From positions 11,344,049-11,408,048 of the forward strand of contig NC_057753.1 of NCBI RefSeq assembly GCF_004010195.1: a stretch of DNA of 64,000 bases. The letters are read 5' to 3'. This document shows positions 12,886 through 22,879 of this stretch, piece after piece. Below the pieces are notes generated by a model. It saw only the letters and a list, made by a program, of their open reading frames with translations. It had not been told where the DNA came from and ran no database searches. This DNA is from Chiloscyllium plagiosum. Lineage: Eukaryota. Numbering within the stretch: position 1 is the stretch's first letter; every line of letters begins with the position of its first letter. The translations under genes were made by a program, and so were the position numbers.

Positions 12886-13565
12886 ATGTAATGGAGTTAC
12901 ATATTGTATTTCTTGTCTTTTTTTTAATTTAATAGAACAGCAGGAAGTCATTCAGCAACTTTACTGACTTTCTTTTCTCAAGTAGCCTTGACATTTCATT
13001 ATCATGTCCCTGATTCAGCTCCATTGCCAGCACCTTTTGTAGGAAGGTTGTCCCAGGTCATTGTCACCTAAATGACGTTTTCCTCCATTCACACCTAAGA
13101 CTATCTGGCTGCATGAGGGTTTTCTGGTTTCTGTATGCTGGGTAATATGTGATCAGCAGGCATCGGGCAATCTATAGCAATTGCCAACTATGTTATGTTA
13201 ATTTAAGTGTACTGATGGTTGTCACTTACGTTGTGAAGTTTTTTTGCAGGCAGACATGCGGAAAGAAATCTGAAAGCAATTGCTACATCGACTTTTGATG
13301 GAACCACTTGATTCATTGGAACTTGAATATCAGCAGCCATTCAAATCGAGAAGAAATGTCTGTTTGAGATTTTGGATGCTGGTGTGGCAGGAAGAATACT
13401 GAGATACCCGAGTGAGGGAGATTCGGTGTGCTGACTGTGAAAAGTGCTTCAAACCATTTACTCAGTTTGGAGGAATCAAAATCTCACCCCTCATGGTGGG
13501 GAAAGACTGTGTACCCGTTCTGTTTGTAATTTCAAACCCAGAGTGACACAAGGAAAGCTCTCCCC

Positions 13566-14432
13566 ATGGGGAAACCGTGGAAATGTGGGGAATGTGGGAA
13601 AGGATTCCCTTCCCCCTCGGTGCTGGAAATGCACAGACGCGTTCACACCGGGGAGAGGCCATTCACCTGCTGTGTGTGTGGGAAGGGATTCAGTGATGTG
13701 AGCAACCTGCGGAAACACGAGCGGGTCCACACGGGAGAGAAGCCCTACACATGCTTGGTGTGCGGGAAGGGGTTCGCTCAGTCAGCTGCCCTGCTGATCC
13801 ACAAGCGGGTCCACACAGGGGAGAGGCCGTTCTCCTGCCCTGAGTGTGGGATGACCTTTCGTCATGTGAGCAACATGCGGAAGCACGAGCGTGTCCACAC
13901 GGGGGAACGGCCCTACAGGTGCCCCGACTGCGGGAAGGGGTTTGCTTGCTCGGCTAACCTGCTGATCCACCAGCGGGTCCACACGGGGGAGAGGCCGTAC
14001 ACCTGCTCAGAGTGCGGGAAGGGATTCATTGATTCTTCAAGCCTGCAGACCCACAAGCGGGTCCACACGGGGGAGAAGCCATTCACCTGCCCTGACTGCG
14101 GGAGGGACTTCAGTCACGCGGGCAACTTGCGGAAGCATCAGTGGGTCCACACCGGGGAGAGGCCATTCACTTGCTCCGAGTGCGGGAAGGGATTCATTGA
14201 TTCTTCTGGCCTGCTGACCCACCAGCGGGTCCACACCGGGGAGAGGCCATTTGTCTGCTCCGAGTGCGGGAAGGGATTCATCGATTCTTCCAGCCTGCTG
14301 ACCCACCAGTGGGTCCACACTGGGGAGAGGCCGCTCACCTGCTCTCAGTGCGGGAAGAGATTCACCAGCTCCTCCCACCTGCGGAGGCACCAGCGAGTTC
14401 ACGTGCCATCACAGGGGGGATTGAAGGAGTGA
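13566..14432 (+). CDS. ZNF-A: tandem C2H2 zinc-finger protein, 288 aa, 10 fingers, no KRAB/SCAN/BTB domain
   Basis: Intact ORF with 10 C-x2-C-x12-H-x3-H units and TGE[R/K]P linkers. Acceptor TTTTTTTGCAG|G at 13249/13250; AATAAA at 14995. Confidence 0.93.
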   Translation: MGKPWKCGECGKGFPSPSVLEMHRRVHTGERPFTCCVCGKGFSDVSNLRKHERVHTGEKPYTCLVCGKGFAQSAALLIHKRVHTGERPFSCPECGMTFRHVSNMRKHERVHTGERPYRCPDCGKGFACSANLLIHQRVHTGERPYTCSECGKGFIDSSSLQTHKRVHTGEKPFTCPDCGRDFSHAGNLRKHQWVHTGERPFTCSECGKGFIDSSGLLTHQRVHTGERPFVCSECGKGFIDSSSLLTHQWVHTGERPLTCSQCGKRFTSSSHLRRHQRVHVPSQGGLKE

Positions 14433-14459
14433 CAGCCGTGTGCCATTATCGACTGGACT

Positions 14460-14830
14460 ACCAACCCAGTTCTGGGGACAGCCCGGTTCCAATCCCGGCA
14501 TGGCCCGATGGCGGAATTGGAATTTGGACAGAATCCTGGAGTATGGAATCTAATGATGAAACCATATTCTGGGAAAAAGAAACCCCATCTGATTCACTCT
14601 TGTCCTTTTTCAGGGAAGGAAACTGCCGTTGCGGAAAAGGATTCACTCAGTGGTTTCAGCTGCATCTTTTACCTGGTCTGGCCTACACGTGACTCCAGAC
14701 CCACAGCAGTGTGGTTGAGACCTGACCAACGCCGCCTCCTCCCCCCACACACAGTGCAAATCTGCGGGGAGAAATTTAGTTGGATGCAGTGTGTCGGTTG
14801 AAATTGCTGAGTAGGGCAATACTTTCTGCG
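14460..14830 (+). mobile_element. Old tRNA-derived SINE-like repeat in the 3' UTR, shared with ZNF-B (~33260-33605, -)
   Basis: B-box-like GGTTCCAATCC here and GGTTCGAATCC in the ZNF-B copy; shared CTGGCCTA..GTGACTCCAG.CCCACAGCAGTGTGGTTGA. Confidence 0.5.
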
Positions 14831-15264
14831 TGTTTAGGCTGTACCAAGGATCCAATTATAAAGGGACAACTCAGCTGACCAATAGTAACGGCAGTGGGGT
14901 TGGAGGGGGGAGTGTGTGAGCTGATTGGAAAAAAAAAATTTTCGTACACCTTTTTTTGCTGGGGTGATCAGAAGCTGTAACAAAGTTGGGTCGCAATAAA
15001 GGTTACTTGAACTTATCGCCTGGCTCAGACTCTCATTGAAAGCTGTGAGATCCAAATTGTTTTTGTTTTAAAGCTGCTGATTTCTTTCAGCCTCCAGCAC
15101 TAATTTTCCAATGTCGTGTATCAGAAGGAGCAGTGAATGAACAGCTAGTATTGTTAGAAACTGTAATTTTTTCAGGAGTGCCGGTACTGCATCGTTTCAT
15201 CAGCATTGTAAAGTTTACTGCAGCACTGGGAGGTGTGGGCTGTGTTCACTAGACACGATGTGGA

Positions 15265-15771
15265 GGAGTCGATGTTGGACTGGGGTGGACAAAGTTAAAA
15301 ATCACACTACACCAAGTTGTAGTCCCACAAGTTTATTTGGAAGCGCTAGCTTTCAGAGCGCTGCTCCTTCATTGGGTAGCTGTATAGCAGGATCATAAGA
15401 CACAGAATTTATAGCAAAATATCACAGCGTCATGCAACTGAAACAATATATTGAACAAACCTAGATTGCTGTTAAGTCTTTCATCTTTTAGTATGGGTTG
15501 CAAGTTTCAGTTCATTAATATGTCAACCTCAGAGGTTCTTTTAAGTCACATCCTCAATGTAACTTAAGGCTTTATTTAAAAAAAAGTTAATTCTCAGCTC
15601 AGACAATGCATGAAAGGTGTGAGGTTAGAGTCTGTGTACCCCAATTTTGAGTCAGACTGGTTCTATTTCCAAGTAGGAATTTTATAAAATATTACATGGA
15701 TTGACTGCCTGCAGATTGTGCACTTTTTCAGCAAAATAGGATGTATCTGTAAATTTGCCCCATAGACTTAG

Positions 15772-15808
<37 letters not shown>

Positions 15809-16010
15809 CAAGCAAGTGAACGTGTAAGAGAGTGTCCATGCTTGGTAAAGTGTGTGTGTGATGGAGTATAAGCTTGTGAGAGGGTATGTACATGGGTGAG
15901 AGTGTATAGTGTACTGTATTTGGGTCATCTGTAGTGTGACATCAACCCAAGGTCCCGGTTGAGGCCATCCTCACGGGTACCCAACTTGGCTATCAGCCTC
16001 TGCTCAGCTC
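15265..16010 (-). mobile_element. Penelope-like element 3' end with (GT)n/(GA)n tract
   Basis: Homologous to the 3' part of the RT-bearing PLE at 40390-42620; degenerate hammerhead at ~15345-15378. Confidence 0.7.
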
Positions 16011-16682
16011 CGAGAAACGATGAAGCAGTTACACAACACACATTGGAGAGGGCAGGGTGGGACTTGTCTCTTGATTTCCAGAAGGTGGGAGGCTCTGGAT
16101 GCTGTGATCTAGGGCAAACACATGCTGGAGGACCTTTGGCTCAGAGAGATGGAGCTGGAAGCCAGGCTGCAGACACCTTGGAGGGGGGAAGTTAACCAGA
16201 CACTTTATTCCAGCAGACGGTTATTCCCCTCTGGATAGACCCTTCTGATGGGGTCAATGGACAGGGTCAGGAGGGTGTGGGCGCAAGTCAGGCAGGTAAA
16301 GGGCCTCTGAGCGAGGGCTGCACGTGGGTGGAGCTAACTGGCTTGGTGGTGGGAGTTAGACCAATGTTAGGATGGGGGAGGTGGTGGTAAGGGACAGAAT
16401 AATGACCGGGATTGTCTCTGTTCTCTGCAGTTGGCAGCAGGGGGCCAGATGGCGTCTGTGTCTTCTAGGAGAAAGTGAGGACTGCAGCTGCTGGAGATCA
16501 GATGTGTTTCCAGCATCACATTTTCAGTTGATTCCTGAAGAAGGGCTCATGCCTGAAACATTGATTCTCCTGCTCCTTGGATGCTGCCTGCTGCGCTTTT
16601 CCAGCAACACATTTTCAACTCTGGCATCTGTGTCTGTCTGGTACCAGGATTCAGGAAATGATGTGCTCAGGGCTGGAGAAGT

Positions 16683-17743
16683 CCTTTTATAGAATGATTT
16701 GGATATGAAAATAGGAGGTACAGTTAGTAAGTTTGTAGATGACACCAAAATTGGAGGTGTAGTGGACAGTGAAGAAAGTTACCTCAGATTACAACAGGAT
16801 TTTGATCAGATGGGCCAATGGGCTGAGGAGTGGCAGATGGGAGTTTCATTTAGATAAATGCGAGGTGCTGCATTTTTGGGAAAGCAAATCTTAGCATAAC
16901 TTATAATGGTGAGGTCCTAGGGAGTGTTGCTGAGCAAGGAGACCTTTAGAGTGCAGGTTCATAGCTTCTTGAAAGTAGAGTCGCAGGTAGATAGGACAGT
17001 GAAGAAGGTGTTCCTTTATTAGTCAGAGCATTGAGTATAGGTATTAGGATGTCATACCTTTTATTCCTGATGAAGGACTTTTGCCCGAAATGTCGATTTT
17101 GAAGCTCCTTGGATGCTGCCTGAACTGCTGTGCTCTTCCAGCACCACTAATCCAGTATTAGGATGTCATGTTGAGGCTGTACAGGACGTTGTTAGGCCAC
17201 TTTTGGAATATTATATGTAATTCTGGTCTTGTTTTTGGAAGGATGTTGTGAAACTTGAAAGGGTTCAGAAAAGATTTAGAAGGATGTTGCCAGGATTGGA
17301 GAATTTGACCTACAGGGAGAGGCTGAACAGGCTGGGGCTATTTTCCCTGGAGTGTCAGAGGCTGAGGGGTGACCTCATAGAGGTTTGTAAAATCGTGAGG
17401 AGCGTGGATAGGATAAATAGACAAAGTCTTTTCCCAGCGGTGGGGGAGTCCAGAACTAGAGGGCATGGGTTTAGGGTGAGAGGGGAAAAACATAAAAGGG
17501 ACCTAAGGGGCAACTTTTTCTCACACAGGGTAGTGCATGTATGGAATGAGCTGCTCGAGGAAGTGGTGGAGGCTGGTACAATTGTAACATTTAAAGGCAT
17601 TTGGATGGGTATATGAATAGGAAGGGTTTAGAGGGATATGGGCCGGGCGCTGGCAAGTGGGACTAGATTGGGTTGGGATATCTGGTCGGCATGGACGGGT
17701 TGGACCGAAGGGTCTGTTTCTGTGCTGTACATCTCTATGACTC
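16683..17743 (+). mobile_element. 5'-truncated CR1 LINE with 5-bp TSD GAAGT
   Basis: RT C-terminal ORF 17248-17616. GAAGT at 16678-16682 and 17744-17748. The paralogous empty site is at ~44055-44075 (-). Confidence 0.9.
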
Positions 17744-18724
17744 GAAGTGGGAAAGGGAGGTTGCAGCGGGTGTGGTCCAACAATGTCAGGAGGAGAGAGT
17801 CTGTGCTGAGGGCACATGAGAAGTTAGAAGCTACAAAGACAAAGCAGAACCTGAAAGCTCTGGGTGGCGCGGTGGCTCAGTGCTTAACAACTTTGGCATG
17901 TTCTCCCTCTTGTGACTGTGTGGATTACTTCAGGTCCTCCGGTTTGCTCCCACAGTTTAAATGTCTGCAGTTTCGGGTGGATCAGCCCTGCTCCAGTGTC
18001 CAGGAATGTGCAGGCTCGTGTGGGTTAGCCACGGGGAACTACAGGGCTGTCGGGTAATCAGGTGGGTCTGGGTGGGATGGTGTTTGGAAGGTTGTTGTGA
18101 ATTCAATGGGCTGAATGGCCTGTTGGGATTAAGTGATTCCACTGCCTTAGCGACATGTATATTGACCCATGATTGCCCCAAGTCTGCTATGGGAGGACTG
18201 GGTTTCAGTCACTGAGACGCTGACACTGGTCCTGGGGAAGTTAGACTTTGTGCTGTCTATCCCTCCACCCACTGCACCCCTTCCATTCTCTCTCTGCCAT
18301 CTCATTTTTTGTCACCCACCCCAGTCTTTCTCTTCTCTTTCCCCCCACATTCTGTCTCCATGTCCATTTTCTCTCTCTCTTATTCCCTCTCCCTTCTTCC
18401 ACCTCCACCCCCCCCCCCCCCCCCATTCCCGTCCTTTCTCTTGCCTCAAGCCCTTCTAAGAGACAGAGAATGGATGGTGGTTATTCTGCATGGGAGATGG
18501 GGGTGCATGAGAAATGGCTGATCGTTAAAATTGACAATAGCAAAAATGATAGTGATGTTTCTGAATATTATCAATTTTATAAAAAAGCTGCAGACAGCTT
18601 TCTGGAACTTGTTGAAATGTATGCAGTTAGGCCACGGTTGAGGACAGGCCGTAAGAGATGAATGGTCTACTCTTAGTCTTGTGAAATTGGTTTTGACTAT
18701 GTAGAAATAGAATCATAGAGTTTT

Positions 18725-19278
18725 GAGAAGACTTGTAGCTCAGGTTGAGGTTCTGTTTATAGGTTTGCTCGCAGAGCTGGAAGGTTCATTTCCAGACGTT
18801 TTGTCACCCTACTAGGTAACATCTTCAGTAGGCCTCAGGCGAAGCAGCCTGCATGATTCCTTTGTATTTTGTAAATGACATTAGTTTTGCTTGTTGTAAA
18901 AAAAAAACGCATAATAATTGTAACAAACAATGCTTTGGACAAACAGACAGAAAACTAGCCACCAGGATACATGAACACCAACTAGCCACAAAACGACCTG
19001 ACCCCCTCTCACTCATATCCTTACGTACAGATAAGGAAGGACACCACTTCAACTGGGACAACACATCCATCTTAGGACAAGCCAAACCGAGACACACACG
19101 AGAATTCCTAGAAGCATGGCATTCCACAGGAAATTACATTACCAACCCAAATATGTAAATAGAAAGCAGGAATCATGTACACTGCTTCATCTGATACCTA
19201 CTGAAGATGTTACCTAGTAGGGTGACGAAACATCTGGAAATGAACCTCCCAGCTCAGTGAACAAACCTACATAGAACC
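18725..19278 (+). mobile_element. Truncated Penelope-like element: GIY-YIG fragment between inverted pseudo-LTRs
   Basis: ORF 18853-19158 (GQTDRKLATRIHEH...LEAWH). 18745-18860 is the reverse complement of ~19169-19278. Hammerhead-like core at 19201. Confidence 0.85.
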
Positions 19279-19959
19279 ATAGAGTTAGAGAGCATGGAAA
19301 CAACCCGTCTGTCCGTGCTGACCAGATATCCTAAATTAATCTAGTGCCATTTGCTAGCACGTAGCCTATATCCCTCTAAACCTTCCTATTCACATACCCA
19401 TCTTTAATTTTACCAGCCTCCACTATTTTCCATGGCAGCATTCAATACACACACCAACCTATACGTGAAAACGTTGCCCCTTAGGTCCTTTTTGAATGTT
19501 TCCTCTAGTTCTGGACTCCCCCGCCCCAGGGAAAAAAAATCCTATCCATGACTCTCCATAAGGTCACCCCACAGCCTCCGACGCTCCAGGGGAAACAGCC
19601 CCAGCCTGTTCAGCCTCTCCCTGTAGCTCAAACCCTCCAACCCTGGCAACATCCTTGTAAATCTTTTCTAAACTCTTTTAAGTTTCACAACATCCTTCCT
19701 GATTAGTCAGTAATAGGCTGTGAACAATCTATATTGTTCAGGTGCTAAGACAGGGCTTTTCTGGAGGTGAATTAACTTTCACACTTTTTTTTTCTAATCC
19801 TTAGTACCTTTTTAAATCTTTCCTCCCCCTAACCCTGTGCCCTCTAGTTTGGGATTCCCCCTAACCCTGTGCCCTCTAGTTTGGGACTCCCCCTTCCCCT
19901 GAGGAAGAGACAGGCAAAAGGAGTGAGATGTGCAGTCACAGGGACAGAAACAATTGTGG

Positions 19960-20760
19960 CTCCCGCCTTTTTTATCCCAGATTGGCAATTGGACACAAAA
20001 CCTGTCAGTCACACCCAGCGCCGGCTGCCATTGGTCAGGTGGAGTACGGTGCGTTCTGATTGGAGGGGGCGCGGATGACGCGCGTCACTGCAGGAGGAGA
20101 CGTAAAGTAGAAGAAAAACAAAGATGGCGGCGCGAGGTGGATGGAGGTGACAGGTCGGAGCGGAGGCTGAAGCCCTCTCCACCAATCCCAACACCTGCGG
20201 TCAGTGCGGACTAATCGGAGAGCGACATTCGGCGGGGTGGGGTGGGACAAACGGCGACCGCAAAGTCGGCTGCCATTGGTCAGGTGGAGTAAGGTGTTTT
20301 CTGATTGGATGGGGGCGCGGATGACGCGCGTCACTGAAGGAGGAGACGGAATGGAGAAGAAAAACAAAGATGGCGGCGCGAGGCTGCGGTTTTCTCATCG
20401 ACTCAGCGGGCGGTTTCTGACGGAGGGAGGGGGGGCAGACAGGCACCGTTTACCTCAGAAAATACCTTTAAAATACATTTCAAATTGAAGCCGGAACTTT
20501 CCGAACGAAAGTTGTGAAGAAAAGGAGACGGTCCCCGGTGGGGTTTATTGTTTATTTGTGTATAATTCCCGGGGCCCGGGAAGGGGGAGGTGACGGTTAC
20601 CGGGTGAACGAGGAAAACAAATTAAAAATGTCGGCGGTGGAGGAGAGGGAGCCGGCGCCCCGCGGCTTCCGGAGCCCAGGAGCTCAACAACCCCCCCGGA
20701 GCTGGAGGAGGGTCCGAGCTCCAAGAAGCGGGGGGTCCGGCTGGAGGCTGGATTTGCTCA
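19960..20760 (+). promoter_or_regulatory. CpG-island promoter with a duplicated CCAAT / TGACGCGCGTCA / YY1 module; target gene not identified
   Basis: Dense CpG. Module copies at 20022-20137 and 20267-20383, each with two ATTGG, a 12-bp palindrome and AAGATGGCGGC. Confidence 0.7.
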
Positions 20761-20869
20761 AGGCTTGTATCTATTAACTTATTTAAATGGTACCTACTGT
20801 GTATGGGGCTGTGGTTTACATTAAAACCGGAGGGTCCTGTCAGAGTGTTTGTTTATATTGAGCAGGTGT

Positions 20870-22125
20870 AGTCGGTGAAATACAAGATCCGGAGATGCCG
20901 GTGTTGGACTGGGGTGTACAAGGTTAAAGATCATTCCTGAGGAAGGGCTCATGCCCGAAACGTCGATTCTCCTGCTCCCTGGACGCTGCCTGACCTGCTG
21001 CGCTTTTTCCAGCAACACATTTTCAGCCAGGTTAAAGATCACACGGCACCAGGTTATAGTCCCCAACAGGTTTCCCGATTCCTCCGCCCTCCTGCAAAAA
21101 TGCCATCCCGTATTCCCCGATTCCTCCGCCTCCGCCGTATCTGCTCCCTTGGAGGACCGGTTCCACCACAGAACACACCAGATGGCCGCCTCCTCCTCCT
21201 CCTCCTCCTTCAGAGACCGCAGTTTCCCTTCCCACGTGGTTAAAGATGCCCTCCGACGCATCTCGTCCACATCCCGCACCTCCGCCCTCACACCCCACCC
21301 CTCCAACCCGTAACGAGGACAGGACGCCCCCGGTGCTCACCTTCCACCCTGCAAACCTCCGCATAAACCAAATCATCCGCCGACATTTCCGCCACCTCCA
21401 AACAGACCCCACCCACCAGGGATATATTTCCCTCCCCACCCCTTTNNNNNNNNNNNNNNNNNNNNNNNNNNNNNNNNNNNNNNNNNNNNNNNNNNNNNNN
21501 NNNNNNNNNNNNNNNNNNNNNNNNNNNNNNNNNNNNNNNNNNNNNNNNNNNNNNNNNNNNNNNNNNNNNNNNNNNNNNNNNNNNNNNNNNNNNNNNNNNN
21601 NNNNNNNNNNNNNNNNNNNNNNNNNNNNNNNNNNNNNNNNNNNNNNNNNNNNNNNNNNNNNNNNNNNNNNNNNNNNNNNNNNNNNNNNNNNNNNNNNNNN
21701 NNNNNNNNNNNNNNNNNNNNNNNNNNNNNNNNNNNNNNNNNNNNNNNNNNNNNNNNNNNTGTCCCCATGACTTGTCCTACCTGCCTATCTTCTTTTCCAC
21801 CTATCCACTCCCCCTCCTCTCAACCTATCACCTTCATCCCACCTCCATCCACCCATTGTACTCATTGCTACCTTCCCTCCTCTCCTCCCTGACCTATCAC
21901 CTTCATCCCCATCCCCACTCACCTATTGTACTCTATGTTACTTTCTCCCCACCCTCCTCTCCTTTATCTCTCCACCCTTCAGGCACTCTGCCTGTATTCC
22001 TGATGAAGGGCTTTTGCCCGAAACATCGAGTTTACTGCTCCTTGGATGCTGCCTGAACTGCTGTTCTTTTCCAGCACCACTAATCCAGAACACTAGCTTT
22101 CGGAGCGTCGCTCTTTCATCAGTGG
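20870..22125 (+). mobile_element. Nested Penelope-like fragments and hammerhead cassettes spanning an assembly gap
   Basis: PLE-like translations (FRDRSFPSHVV, PPVLTFHP...IIRRHFRHLQTDP). Hammerhead motifs at 20937 (+), ~22000 (+) and 22092-22123 (-). Confidence 0.75.
21446..21759. other. Assembly gap (N)
   Basis: Run of N. Confidence 1.
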
Positions 22126-22879
22126 AGGAGCATCTTCTATGATGCTGCATTTCCTGCCTTCTGCCCTTCCCCCATTTGTTATCTTGATTTTAAACTTTTT
22201 CTTAAGTCAAATTTAATCTCATTTTAATCAGACTTGGTGTGCTATTAGCTTGTTTGTCAGACTAGTGTAAGACAAAATTTAAGGTGAAACTTCATTTCTG
22301 ATGAAGTCAGAGTTTGACATTGAATGCGCAGGTGTGAATACCATTAAGTTGTGAAAATAAATCAAGAGCTTGTGCCTTTAACAAAAAAAAAGCAGTTCAC
22401 TGATATTCATGGCTTTGTCTCATTTCAGGGTGCTGATTCAAGTCTGACCAACAAACCGTTTCATCCCATCACCCAATTTAATTAAAATCTTTTAGAAAAT
22501 AACTCTGGCAAGCTAAGATTTATCCAATTTATTTAAAAGATTTATTTATGTGTCAGTTGCTCTCCATGTGGTCTTCTCTGCATTGGGGAGACTGGACGCC
22601 AACTTGCGGAATGTTTGTGGAACACCTCTGGGACATCTGAACTAAATGATCCCACCGCCCGGTGGCTGAACACTTTAACTACCCCTCCCACTCAGACAAG
22701 GACATGAGTCCTGCGCTGCCTCCATCACCAAACTCAAGCTACCTGACACCTGAAGGAAGTACACTTCATCTTCTGTTATGGGACCCTCCAACACATGGGA
22801 TCAATATAGATTTCACCAGTTTCCTCATTTCCACTCTCTCCCTCCCGCTCCCCATTAACAAGCTTTAGTAATGGACTCA

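Noticed and set aside
13566..14432. Assigning a human ZNF symbol, or calling any of the three genes PRDM9 or KRAB-ZNF
   Set aside because: No KRAB, SET, SCAN or BTB exon is visible, and orthology cannot be inferred from generic fingers.
18470..18661. Short ORF MDGGYSAWEMG...AADSFLELVEMY
   Set aside because: No recognisable domain or convincing exon boundaries; a BLAST search would be needed.
21246..21770. ORFs running through N tracts here and at 62248-62957
   Set aside because: Artefacts of assembly gaps.
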